Positions 49,305 through 63,142 of a stretch of 64,000 nucleotides of DNA are shown piece after piece. The position numbers and the translations under genes were made by a program. Origin of the DNA: Eledone cirrhosa. Lineage: Eukaryota. The notes beneath the pieces were generated by a model. The model had not been told where the DNA came from. It searched no databases and saw nothing but the letters and a program-made list of their open reading frames with translations. Numbering within the stretch: position 1 is the first letter of the stretch; every line of letters begins with the position of its first letter. Location: positions 216,132,001-216,196,000 of the forward strand of contig OZ024743.1 of NCBI GenBank assembly GCA_964016885.1, written 5' to 3'.

Positions 49305-52300
49305 TTACAGACACATACTCAGAGAAGGCCCATTCATTCGGGCCATACTTGCTTCTCTCACCCATCTTTCAACAAAATGCTGGGAAGAGAGCACTTCCCT
49401 CTCTACCCTGATTTTCCTTTTCAAATGAAATTTGAAAAAGTTAATCAGGGCATCACCGAAGAGGTAAGTGCTCGTCTTCAGCCCTTTCAAACGTGTCCAC
49501 CATACTATCTCTTTCGCCATGGCCACCAGACAGATAAAAACTGCCTGCCCTTCCCGGCTAAAGAAAGGGGGCGGGGCAATCCTCACGATGGACTCAGCTG
49601 ATAGCCGGATCCGTCCTACACGTGACAGAAGGTGTTCGACATAAACCCACAAGTCAGCAATGCTCGGACACTGGACGAGTGCGGGCAGGACGGTTTCGTC
49701 GCCCTGCGCGCATCTCGGACATGCCTGGCTGACGGCACCTCCATGCCTGTAGAGTTTATCCCGAACTGGCAAAGCTCCTCGGTAACACTGCCAGGCCAGG
49801 GATTTCTGGAAGTTGTCCATAGGCCCCGGCCCGAAAGTCCTTCCGAAGAGATTGACTAGTTGATTTTCGTCGACGCCTAGAGTTTCTCCAAGTGTCTGAG
49901 CATCATCAGCCACGGCATGCCCAGCCCTCCACGTAACGGGTGTTGACAGCAGATGGACCGCCTGACCATCGGAGCGCGTCCCTTCCACAAGAAGCGAAAG
50001 AGCAAACGCTCCAGCGCAGTCAGGCGGGGCTTAGGACAAGGTACGACGGTCAGGCGGTAGTAGATGACGGATGCAATGTACGGATTCGCCACCTCCGCTC
50101 GACCTTTCAGGGATAGCTTCCTCTCGGCCCATTTCTGGGTGAGAGAAGCCACCCTGCTCGTCACCTCGTCCCAGTTTTTGTCCGTCTGGAGGTCTGGACC
50201 GAACCAGACCCCTAGCAATTTAACAGGTCCGTCCGTCCAGCGCCCGACGACGCTGTTGGACGGCATGGACCTGCCTCTCCAGGTGCCGAGCTGCAGGCCC
50301 ACTGACCTTTCCTGGTTGATCATTGCTCCTGTCACCGCTTCGTATTCTCCTAGTGTAGTGCCGATCGCCTCGATGTGTTTGGCGTTCGACACCACTACGG
50401 TGACATCGTCCGCATATGCTGACACGGATCTTCCGCATCCTAGTTCGCGCGGGACCCCCCTCAACGTCTCCAGTTTGTGCAGTAATGGCTCGAGAGTCAA
50501 TACGTACAATAGGGACGAGAAGGGAGATCCTTGGCGGACCGAGCGCATGATGTTGAACGGTTCCGAAAGGAGACCGTTCACTCTCACTACAGAGCAGATG
50601 TCGCTGTGTATGGCAGCGATCCAGCCTCTGAAGACGGGCCCAAAGCCAGCCGCCCTCAGGACTGCCGCTAGGTAACGATGGTCGACCCTATCGAAGGCTT
50701 TCGACTGATCTAAATTGATCAAAGACCCACCCGTGCCAGGCTCCCTAGCTACCCTCTCTACGATGTATCGCTTGAGGTGGAGGTTGTCGTGGATGGATCT
50801 GTCGGGAATGGCGCATGTCTGTGCCTCTCCCACCAGACCACCAACGACAAACGCCAACCTCTTTGCTAGCACCTTGGCCAACATCTTGAACTCTGTGTTT
50901 AGCAGAATTATGGGCCTAAAATTATCTATGTTATCCCCCTTGTTCGGATCCTTTCTCAGCAGCGCCACCGCTCCTCGGCTCAGAGAGCTGGGAATTCTTC
51001 CGTTCTGTTGCCAGTTGCAGTAGACGTCCGCCAAGAGGCCTCCGAACAACTTTGGCATTTGTACGTAAAGTTCATATGGCAGACCATCCAAACCAGGCGA
51101 TTTACCCCTTGTGCAATTAGTCATTGCATCCCGTACTTCAGCGGTTGTTATCGGCTTTTCGCAACACTCCGCCTCAGTGGCCGAAAGCCGCGGCAGTCCG
51201 TCGAGGTAGACACTAAAGTACATCCCTCGATCCGGCCCGCCACTGTCCCCGAACAGTTGAGCGAAGTGTCGCTGAAAAGCTTCACACATTTGCCCAGGAT
51301 CCAGTAGCATGCGCCAGTCGTGGTCCACCAAAGACCGGATCGTGGCTTTGTTGCCACGACGCGCCTCCGACACTCGGGCCCATTGAACGGCTTTCGTCCC
51401 CTCGTGTCTGAGAGCACGCACCCTAGCTCTGACAACGCAACCTTCGTGCTTTGCATTGAAGAATTGGTCAAGGGCCAATTTCGCCGCAAGTATGTCGGTC
51501 GCGATGCCTTTGCTAAGCGCCTCATCTAATTTTCTAACTAATTCTCCCTCTGCTCTATTTTTCTCTATTGCTAAAGTCTTACTAAACCTAATGGACTCTA
51601 TTCTAATTGCTCTTTTCAGAGCAAACCACCACTTGTTGTTTACGATGGCCCCTGTCAACGCCCGCTTAACTAGTTCGCTAATCCGGTCTCTGTAGGCCTT
51701 GCGCGCTGGTAAGGAGGCGTTTAGCTTCCAGTAGCCGGGTCCTCGTCTATGAAGCCTATCTAAGTCAAGCACACAGATCACGAATTTGTGCTCCGTGTAG
51801 CTGACTATCTTCAATTGTGGACAGCCTATGCTAGACCTATCTATTTCCCTACAAAATACTCTATCTAGATATGATCTGGATGACCCTATGCGATTTGTCC
51901 AAGTCCACATTGGTACATTCGGGAAATCCATTCGGTACCTGTCAGACAGTTCAAAACGTCTGAGCAGGTTGGTGAGACTGTTGCACCCTCCTCCCCTATC
52001 CACTAATCCCACACAATCCCAGCGTGCATCTAAGATCCCGTTCCAGTCGCCCACTAACACTAAAGAGCGGGACGTTCCAAGAAAGGTCTCCAGATGCCGG
52101 AAGAAATCAGGCCGCCCTGCTCCTGTCGGGGCATAGACGGCCACTAACCTGAAAGCTTGGCCGTCTCCGCTGGTCACGTCCAGCACCACCAACTTACCTT
52201 CTGGGTCCAGGAAGATGGCCCGTATGGCAAGATCCAAACCTCTCCGAAAAAGCACAGCAACTTCTCCCCCCGATCCCGGACGGCTGGGAGATGCGTACAC

Positions 52301-52468
52301 ATCGTAGCCGCCGAAGATCGGTGCGAAAGCCTGTGCTTCGGAGATTCTGGTCTCGCTGATGGCCACTACATCTATGTTTAGTGACCTGAGGTCGTTGAGC
52401 AGGTGGCCCTGCTTCCATGACGACCCCAAGCCACGCGCATTTATGCTGCCTATTCTGAGTGAGGTCAT
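49305..52468 (-). pseudogene. Tx1 ORF2: AP endonuclease + RT (863 aa open), frameshift before the C-terminal zinc finger
   Basis: SINARG, SET, YAP, GDWN, YLDR, KSPGLDG, FRPI, DQSKAFD, RQG, AYADD; C-terminal CPRC..ET..C in another frame. Confidence 0.92.
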
Positions 52469-52502
52469 GTTGAAAAGAAGGGGAAAAGATGGTAAAGACC
52501 AC

Positions 52503-54493
52503 TTACCTTACTTCTCGTAGGGGAAGGACGGTTTTTTCATCCTTTTCACTGCTTGTGGCCTCCTCAGGAAGGATGTCCTTATAAATCCTCCTGGAGAGTG
52601 CTTGTCGGAAGTCTCCGATGTCTTTGGGGAATTTTTGTTTTAGTGTCATGTACGTTTTCTGTGTGATGCGAGTGATTTGTATGTGTGGAGGTGGTGTGAA
52701 TTTTGGGGTTGTTGTGTAGTCTTTTTCTGTGATGCTGGTGTTGTGTTGGATGTAGTGTAATAAATGCTTGTTGTTCAAATTTAATGCTGTGTAGTGTGTA
52801 TCGCTTTGGTTGTTTTGTTTGTTTGCGTTTGTTGTGGGTTTGTTTCTGTTTCGCATTTTGGTGACTTTTGTGGTGTCGGTGATGGTGGTGTTGGAGTTAA
52901 TGATGGTGATGGTGTTGGTGTTTGGGTTGATGGGGTTGGTGATGCTGGTGTGGATGGTGGCATATCTGTCCTAACTTTTTTGTTTCTTAATTTATTTGTT
53001 TCCCTCTGTATTTTGTTTTTGGAGGGGGAAGGAAGAGAATTTTTTCTTTTTTGGTTTCTTTTTTTTTCCGGATATCGTTTCCCACTCCTCGTCGTCCCAA
53101 ACTGTCTCCAGGTGTGATAGGCCGGGGAGTGGAAAATCCTCCACAGCCGTTAGTTTTGGTTGTGGCGTGGTGGATGGTGTAGGCGCTGGTGCTAGTTCTG
53201 AAGCGTTGGGTGGTGGTGGTGTTGGTTTTGCTGGTGGTGGTGGTGGTGTTGGTTTTGCTACTGTTGCTGGGGTTGTTGCTGTTATAGTTGCTTCTGTTGT
53301 TGCTGCTACAGTTGTTGCTGCCATCTCTGCTACTGGTGGTGTTGATGGTTGTGTCACTGGGGTGGGTAGGAGAGGTGGCCTCAACCTTTTAGCCTGAGGG
53401 CAGAAAGCCCTTAGGTGGGTTCCTTCACCACAAACGACACACCTAGGTCTTCTGCCCTCGACAATTACCGTGAGGTGGCTGCCATCAGTGAGGTCTATTA
53501 CCTCTGGGATCTCCTCAATGCTTTTTTGGTCCGCTTGGATCAGGAGCTCCATCCCAGATCCGGACCTGTTTTCCTGCTTTTCTTTTGCTATTGCTATTAT
53601 TTTCGTGTTGGCTTCGATGCCGGCGAGGACAGCCGCTATTAGCCAGGGAATTTCGATGGCCGGTAGAACATGGGTCACCCTGATTTTTACGAGTCTCTGG
53701 CCACAATAGCTTGGGACGAGTGTGAAGTCGTCACTTTTTAATGGGGCCATGGAGTGTTCTCTAACCTCCTCTGGTGTTTCAAAGAACACATCCACGGTTC
53801 CATACTTTTGCCCACGTCTGATATGGGTTTTTCTTGCCCACACATGTCCCAAAGCTTTTTGGATTTGGGACTCGGATGCCCGTTCCACTCGGCGCGATTT
53901 TACATTTATTGTTCTATACGACACGGTGCATAGGCGCCGATGCTCCATTTTATTGGATAGGGGGTGAGGCTGACCCTGTACCCATCTTTCTTTACCATTT
54001 TTTGGGCATTTTCTAGATCCTCCTGAGTTACCGTGAATGCTTCGAACTGTTTTGCTACTATGGCGAAACTGAGGGTCGGTTTTATAATGTCATTGTTGTT
54101 GTTGTTGCTATCGTTATTTGTGTTAATATTAATTTTAGTTTCAGTTGTGGTGGTGGTGACGTCAGTCGTCTTTGGTGCGGAAGAGTCCATTTTGCTTGAT
54201 TTCATTTCGACATCACGAGTTAATTTACTTTTTTCTTCTTTTGTTTCTGTTGTCGCGGTGGTGGTGGTGGTGGGGGTTGTCGCGGTGGTGGTGGTGGTGG
54301 AGGCTTTAACACCTGCAGTCATTGGTAATGGCGGGAAATGAATGTCTGCCTGAGACAAATTTAAAATATTTCTACTGCTTATGTTTTTTTTTGTGTTGGC
54401 AAACGTAGTAACATTTACAATGGTGGTGTCGGTGTGAGGTGTTATTTTGTGAGGAAGGCTTTCAGCTGCTTCGGGCAGAGGTGAATTAGCCAT
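52503..54493 (-). pseudogene. Tx1 ORF1 (gag-like, disrupted)
   Basis: Fragments 53906-54493, 52992-53948 (CVVCGEGTHLRAFC, Pro/Thr-rich) and 52503-52963. Confidence 0.8.
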
Positions 54494-54699
54494 TTTCTTT
54501 CAAAGAAATTTTTGGATAATAATAAAAGTTAAAATTTTGGGCACAAGGCCCAATCTTTTTGGGTGTCCTTTTCGGAAAACAATGTATGTGTGCTTATAAA
54601 CAGTTAACAATAAATTTTCCATAAAAGGCAATTTTTAACAAACGGAAATAACAAACCTTTGCGGAGCTCACGATGATACGATTTACTACGTAGGTCGCC

Positions 54700-54732
<33 letters not shown>

Positions 54733-54735
54733 TAT

Positions 54736-57700
54736 AAACATGTGTCAGTGAAAACGAGGTAAACTGTAACACTTCGAATCCCAGGGTTGGGGCGGAATCA
54801 CTGGCAACAGAAAAAAATAAAGAAAGGATCGAAAAAGTGGAGGGAGTGCATGCTCAGGATGAAACTCCAAATGAAAATAATGAGATCGTAAATGATAAAG
54901 AAATGAATGAGAATGAACTTGCCAACTTGAAGGATGAAATTATGATCGAATGGATGAAAATGAAAGAATCTGACATGGGACAACGAGACACCCTCCCTAA
55001 GATCCAGAACTCCAAACAGAACCAAAAGATAATACACAAGACTAACATAATTCTCAAAAACATTATCATCACAAACAAACTAAACATTACTGATTTAAAT
55101 CATCTCTATTATGCATCGGCTAAAGTCACCACTCACTTATGTGGAGTGAAGATGAAAAAACAAAGGAATTCCCACAAGAAATCTACCTGGCAAGAGAACA
55201 TCAATCGACAAATAAACCGTCTCCGATCTGACATAGAAATTTTAACAAACTATAAAGTAGGTGAACATGTTAAACAAACTAAACTTAGAAAATTGAAAAA
55301 AAAGTACAGTATAAAATCAACATGTGACATAGACATGCTGATAGAAATAATCAAGCAAAAAGTGTCCTCCAAAGCTGCTCGTATAAGGCGCTTTGAAAAA
55401 CGATCTAGATTCTATAAGGACAATAATATGTTCAAAAACAACCAAAGAAACTTCTACAGACAAATTGGTAAGTCAACGATAACTGCTAAATCAATACCAC
55501 CCAAGGAGGAAGTGCAAGAATTCTGGGAAAAGATCTGGGCCGAAGAAAAAGTTCATAACATACATGCCCCATGGATAGACAGACAAATGAAAGATACAGC
55601 TCACCTAGAGGAACAAATATGGGAAAATATAACAGTTGAACAGTTGCGCTTGGCTCTAAGAAAAGCCAGCAAAAGGAAATCCCCATGAAAAGACAAAGTA
55701 CAAAACTTTTGGATAAATGCCTTCACAGAGTCTCATGAGCTGTTAGCCCAACTTTACAATGAAATAGTTAAGGAGACAGACAAGATAACTTCATGGCTAG
55801 TTAACGGCATTACGTTCCTGCTTCCGAAGAATGATGAGACAAACAATCCCAAAAATTACAGACCGATAACTTGCTTGACCACAATGTATAAAATTTTAAC
55901 ATCAGTCCTAACTGAATACATATATGACCACCTGATAACAAATGACCTATTTCCCATTGAGCAGAAAGGGTGTAAACGAGGCTCATATGGCTGTAAGGAT
56001 CAGCTTCTGGTTAACAAAATGATACTGGAAGATTGTCATAATAGACACAAAAATCTATCGATTGCTTGGATAGATTATAAAAAAGCATTCGTTAGTTTGC
56101 CACACAGTTGGATTGAAAAATGTTTAGAGATTTTCAAAGTATCCCCCGTTGTCAGGAGGTTTTTGTCATTCAGTATGAAGACATGGAAAACGACACTCCT
56201 TTTGAATAGTGAAACAAAATCACTGGAAGCTGGAGAAGTTAATATTAAGTGTGGAATTTTTCAGGGTGACTCTTTATCACCGCTTTTATTCTGCATCGCA
56301 CTTATACCATTAAGTAAAATGCTCAATGAAACAAAACATGAATATAAAATCTATGACAAAACCATTAATCACCTGTTCTACATGGATGACCTGAAACTAT
56401 TTGCAAAAAATGATGGACAATTGCAAGGGCTATTATCCACTGTGAAGCAGTTCAGTGATGACATTAAAATGGAGTTTGGACTAGATAAATGCGCCAAAGC
56501 AACGTTCACCAGAGGAAAGCTGCTGAAGAGTTCAGACATTAATCTTGATCGGGGGAACGTGATAAGAGAACTTGATCAAGAAAAAACTTACAAATATCTA
56601 GGTGTTTGTGAAGGAGACGGAATCAAGCACTCGACAATGAGGGAAAGGATAAGGAAGGAATGTTACCGCAGAGTGAGAGCAATCTTAAAAACGGAATTGA
56701 ATGCAAGGAATAGGATCGATGCCATAAACACGCTTGCCATACCAGTAGTAACCTACAATTACAATGTCATCAACTGGTCAAGCACAGAGATCCGTAGGCT
56801 CGATACAAAAATTCGAAAATTCTTAACCATGCACAGAATGCATCACCCTATAGCAGATATAGAGAGAATATATCTCCCTAGGAAATAAGGAGGACGTGGG
56901 TTAATCCAGTTAGACATTGCGTTGAAAACTGCAACAATTGGATTATCTACATATCTAAGGGAATCACATGATTGGATGATCAAACTCGTTTTGAAACACG
57001 AAAGCATCAAAAGATCATATTCCATTACAAAAGATGCACAAAGATACAGTAATGGACTACAAATTTCAGAAGTCCCATTTACTGCTGAAATGGAAAACAC
57101 AGAAAAAGCAAAGCAGGTAAAAGTAACTGCAAAGAAAGAACTGCTACAGAAACTGGCTAAGAAATGGCAAGAGAAGCCTCTGTATGGAAAATACCCAGAG
57201 CGAGCTAACAATCCTGATGTTGACAAAATTTTAACCGATCAGTGGTTGGCATCCTCTGGACTGAAATCGGAGACTGAAGGACTGATTATATCGGCACAAG
57301 ATCAGTGTCTGCCAACAAAAAATTACCAAGCCAACATAATAAAAAATGGGTGCAGCCCTTTATGCCGTGTATGCGAAAAACAACCAGAGACCATTGACCA
57401 GATAATTTCAATGTGCAGTCATATAGCTCCAACCGAATACCTAAACAGGCATGACAGAGCTGCACAATACATACATTGGATAATGTGTAAGCATTTTGAC
57501 CTGCCCCATCAGAAGAATTGGTGGGAGCATCAACAACCTCCCATACTTGAAAAAGATCACATCTCAATCTTGTGGAACTTTAGCATCCAAACAGACCGAA
57601 AAATAGATGCAAACAGACCTGATATAATATTGAAAGACTTTCAAAAGAGGGTATGCCTGCTAATTGATGTCTGTTCCAATAGACAAGAATGTATCTATAA

Positions 57701-58071
57701 AAACATTTGAAAAATTGAGCAAGTATAAGGACCTGGAGATAGAAATTGGAAAAATGTGGAAATTGAGAACTAAAACAATGCCAGTGCTTGTAGGCGCTCT
57801 GGGAATGATACCTAAGGGGTCTAATGATTACATATCGCAAATCCCAGGAAACCCGCGTATAGGAGAAATACAAAAGATAGTACTAATGGGAACTGCCCAT
57901 ATACTAAGGAAGATTCTGTCAATATAATTACATCACAAGTCTAAACACTAAAGATGCATGTGTGAATATGTATGTTCTTTCTTGAACATGGCGGACCTTG
58001 TTGTCTCTTGAGGTCACTGGTTGTGACTTGGTGATAACTCGTATGAACATAAAGCAAGATAAATGCAACTG
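54736..58071 (+). mobile_element. R4/Dong-like RLE non-LTR retrotransposon, 5'-truncated, with stops
   Basis: YRPITCL, DYKKAF, GIFQGDSLSP, FYMDD, YKYLG, CRVC..ETI..C, RHD, RPDI..D..K..KY; (TAA)n on both sides. Confidence 0.92.
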
Positions 58072-59194
58072 TAATAATAATAATAATAATAATAAGTAAT
58101 GAATATCTGAGGCTGCAGGTAGTGGCTTGATATTCATTTCAACAAACTTTCCAGTTGACTAACATCAATGACTGAGACTCAAAGAGTAATAACAATAATA
58201 ATAATATTTATAATAATAATAAGATGGACGAGAAGAAGACGCACGTGGTGGATAGAAGGTCATGAAATCGGTCCCGTAAGTTTTTGATTTTTAACATATT
58301 CAAAACAATTGTGATATTACAATTCTTAGTACAAATGATACATAAAGTACCAGACTCCACTCTCAGAAAATTCGGATCCATAATATCCTGTTATATCGCT
58401 CAAATATTCAATTTTGTATTATAAATTTTATATTAAAAAAAAGAAAATGGTTATAAATTGAAGAAAAAAACCCCTCTGTCTACACTATATAGAACAGCCA
58501 AATGACAGCATTTTCACCAACATCACACATTAGATACACCACCTATCCCATCACCCCTCTGTGTATACAAGAGGGGTGATGGGATATATACACTAAATAC
58601 AACAGCCAGATAACGGCAATTTCACCACCACCACCACCAATCCCAGCATAATAATAATAATTACTATTATTATTGTCGCAAGTTTTCACAAAATGTTTAA
58701 TTCCAATATTAAGAAAATATGTCAACACATATATTAAACATACGCGACAAACCGCAATGATACACAGATCAAACAAACTACAGTCAATTCAACAAAACTT
58801 AGTAACGACAGCGCCATCGCTATAGTCACCGCCGCGACCACTCCATCCATCATTGCTACCACTATCCCATCACCGCCCCCACCACTCCTTCATTGCAACC
58901 ACCACTATTCCCCCATTACCTTCTGTTAACTTAAGAAAGGGGAAGGTGGTGGTATCACTAGACAAGGGAGAGGCTAGCAAAAGATATAAACGACTATGGC
59001 ACTGCTGGCTCCCCCCTTCCCCACCAGCAATAGAAAAAGCCCCAGCACCACCACCGACATAGCCAATTACAATAACAGGCAACCTCAGCAAGAAGTATAT
59101 TATATTATTAATAATTTCATTCTTAAGCCACGCTATACTCACATTAAGGAACCACTCATGATAATAACAATTTAAAAAAACAACAAAAAATAAA

Positions 59195-62100
59195 ACCGCG
59201 TGACCAAGAAATACCGGGATGGCAGCCGCGGGGAATAGCCGTGTCTCTAGGGGAAGACCACCCCTCTAGTCTTGGTTGACACTCGTCCTAGAAGTGGTAA
59301 CACGAAATGATTACGCTTTGGCGGTTAAGGTTAAAACGCGACAAAATAAAGTAATTGTCAAATGATAAAATCTCATACAGGATCGGCCGTCACCCGGGTC
59401 AAAAAGGGCCGCGTCCCTCAGAGAGGAACCAGACTGGGGTCGAAAAATCAGCTAATGATTCAAACCTTCCCACCACTTCGGAGCTGGAGACCTCCCATAA
59501 CCGGAATACTCCTACTGTTGGCCCTCCATGCTCACCACCAAGAAATCCAAAGAAAAAAAGAGAAAAATGGTCAAGGGAAGATAATAAAGAAGTCCTTGAG
59601 GCTTTCTACACTGCCATGTACGACCCATCAAATACATCGAATACAGAACAGACATATATTAACTGGAAAAAGAAACATCCCGAAAACAGAGGCTATATTG
59701 ACAGTCACAAACTAGCCAATATACGAAGAAATATTGTAAAAAAAAAGTTACTAACTGATATAGAAATTAATCAGATAAAGTTATTAGCACAAAGTCAGCG
59801 AGGGAAAATGAAACATGTGTCAGTGAAAACGAGGTAAATTGTAACACTTCGAATCCCAGGGTTGAGGCGGAATCACTGTCAACAGAACAAATTAAAGAAA
59901 GGATCGAAAAAGAGGGAGTGCATGCTCAAGATGAAACTCAAAATGAAAATAATGAGATCGTAAATGATAAAGAAATGAATGAGAATGTACTTGCCAACTT
60001 GAAGGATGAAATTATGATCGAATGGATGAAAATGAAAGAATATGACATGGGGGAACGAGACACCCTCCCTAAGATCCAGAACTCCAAACAGAACCAAAAG
60101 ATAATACACAAGACTAACATGATTCTCAAAAACAGTATCATCACAAACAAACTAAACATTACTGATTTAAATCATCTCTATTATGCATCGGCTAAAGTCA
60201 CCACTCACTTATGTGGAGTGAAAATGAAAAAAACAAAGGAATTCCCACAAGAAATCTACTTGGCAAGAGAACATCAATCGCCAAATAAAACTTCTCGGAT
60301 CTGACATAGAAATTTTAACAAACTATAAAGTAGGTGAACATGTTATACAAACTAAGCTTAAAAAATGGAAAAGAAAGTGCAGTATAAAATCAACAAGTGA
60401 CATAGACATGCTGATAGAAATAATCAAGCAAAAAGTGTCGGCCAAAGCTGCTCGTATAAGGCGCTTTGAAAAACGATCTAGATTCTATAAGGACAATAAT
60501 ATGTTCAAAAACAACCAAAGAAACTTCTACAGAAAAATTGGTAAGCCAACAATAACTGCTAAATCAATACCACCCAAGGAGGAAGTGCAAGAATTCTTGG
60601 AAAAGATCTGGGCCGAAGAAAAAGTTCATAATATACATGCCCCATGGATAGACAGACAAATGAAAGATACAGCTCACCTTGAGGAACAAATATGGGAAAA
60701 TATAACAGTTGAACAGTTGCGTTTGGCTCTTAGAAAAACCAGCAAATGGAAATCCCCAGGAAAATACAAAATACAGCATTTTTTGATAATTGCCTTCACA
60801 TAGTCTCATGAGCTGTTAGCCCAACTTTACAATGAAATAGTTAAGAGGCCAGAAAAGATACCATCATGGCTAGTTAACGGCATTACATTCCTGCTTCCGA
60901 AGAATGATGAGACAAACAATCCCAAAAATTACAGACCGATAACTTGCTTGACCACAACGTATAACATTTTAACATCAGTCCTAACTGAAAATACATATGA
61001 CCACCTGATAAAAAAATGACCTATTTCCCATTGAGCAGAAAGGGTGTAAACAAGGCTCATATGGCTGTAAGGATCAGCTTTTGGTTACTAAAATGATACA
61101 GGAAGATTGTCATAATAGACACAAAAATCTCTCAATTGCTTGGATAGATTATAAAAAAGCATTCAATAGTTTGCCACACAGTTGGATTGAAAAATGTTTA
61201 GAGATTTTCAAAATATCTCCCGTGTCAGGAGGTTTTTGTCATTCAGTATGAACACATGGAAAACGACACTGCTTTTGGATAGTGAAACAAAATCACTGGA
61301 AGCTGGAGAAGTTAATATTAATTGTGGAATTTTTCAGGGTGAGTCTTTATCACCGCTTTTATTCTGCATCGCACTTATACCATTAAGTAAAATGCTCAAT
61401 GAAACAAAACATGGATATAAAGTCTATGACAAAACCATTAATCACTTGTTCTACATGGATGACCTGAAACTATTTCCAAAAAATGATGAATAATTGCAAG
61501 GACTATTATCCACTGTGAAGCAGTTCAGTGATGACATTAAAATGGAGTTTGGACTGGATAAATGCGCCAAAGCAACGTTCACCAGAGGAAAGCTGCTGAA
61601 GAGTTCAGACATTAATCTTGATGGGGGGAACGTGATAAGAGAACTTGATCAAGAAACAACTTACAAATATCTAGGTGTTTGTGAAGGAGACGGAATCAAG
61701 CACTCGACAATGAGGCAAAGGATAAGGAAGGAATGTTACCGCAGAGTGAGAGCAATCTTAAAAACGGAATTGAATGCAAGGAATAGGATCGATGCCATAA
61801 ACACGCTTGCCATACCAGTAGTAACCTACAGTTACAATGTCATCAACTGGTCAAGCACAGAGATCCGTAGGCTCGATACAAAAATTCGAAAATTCTTAAC
61901 CATGCACAGAATGCATCACCCTAAAGCAGATATAGAGAGAATATATCTCCCTAGGAAAGAAGGAGGACGTGGGTTAATCCAGTTAGACATTGCGTTGAAA
62001 ACTGCAACAATTGGATTATCTACATATCTAAGGGAATCACATGATTGGATGATCAAACTCGTTTTGAAACACGAAAGCATCAAAAGATCATATTCCATTA

Positions 62101-63142
62101 CAAAAGATGCACAAAGATACAGTAATGGACTACAAATTTCGGAAGTCCCATTTACTGCTGAAATGGAAAACACAGAATAAGCAAAGCAGGTAAAAGTAAC
62201 TGCAAAGAAAGAACTGCTACAGAAACTGGCTAAGAAATGGCAAGAAAAGCCTCTGTATGGAAAATACCCAGAGCGAGCTAACAATCCTGATGTTGACAAA
62301 ACTTTAACCCATCAGTGGTTGGCATCCTCTGGACTGAAATCGGAGACTGAAGGACTGATTATATCGGCACAAGATCAGTGCCTGCCAACAAAAAATTACC
62401 AAGCCAACAAAAAAATGGGTGCAGCCCATTATGCCGTGTATGCAAAAAACAACCAGAGACCATTGACCATATAATTTCAATGTGCAGTCCTATAGCTCCA
62501 ACCAAATACCTAAACAGGCATGACAGAGCTGCACAATACATACATTGGATAATGTGTAAGCATTTTGACCTGCCCCATCAAAAGAATTGGTGGGAGCATC
62601 AACCACCTCCCATACTTGAAAAAGATCACATCTCAATCTTGTGGAACTTTAGCATCCAAACAGACCGAAAAATAGATGCAAACAGACCTGATATAATATT
62701 GAAAGACTTTCAAAAGAGGGTATGCCTGCTAATTGATATGTCCATTCCAATAGACAAGAATGTATCTATAAAAACATTTGAAAAATTGAGCAAGTATAAG
62801 GACCTGAAGATATAAATTTGAAAAATGTGGAAATTGAGAACTAAAACAATACCAGTGGTTGTAGGCGCTCTGGGAATGATACCTAAGGGGTCTAATGATT
62901 ACATATCGCAAATCCCAGGAAACCCGCGTATAGGAGAAATACAAAAGATAGTACTAATGGGAACTGCCCATATACTGAGGAAGATTCTGTCAATATAATT
63001 ACATCACAAGTCTAAACACTAAAGATGCATGTGTGAATATGTATGTTCCTTCTTGAACATGGCGGACCTTGTTGTCTCTTGAGGTCACTGGTTGTGACTT
63101 GGTGATAACTCGTATGAACATAAAGCAAGATAAATGCAACTG
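59195..63142 (+). mobile_element. R4/Dong-like RLE retrotransposon, near full-length, disrupted
   Basis: Paralogue of 54736-58071 with additional N-terminus (REKWSREDN) and 5' leader; (TAA)n tail. Confidence 0.92.

Larger units (their letters stand above)
49062..54699 (-). mobile_element. L1/Tx1-clade non-LTR retrotransposon spanning ORF1 and ORF2, inserted in (TAA)n
   Basis: Gag-like ORF1 with CCHC knuckle, APE-RT ORF2, AATAAA at the 3' end, (TAA)n at 48994-49061 and 54700-54732. Confidence 0.93.
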
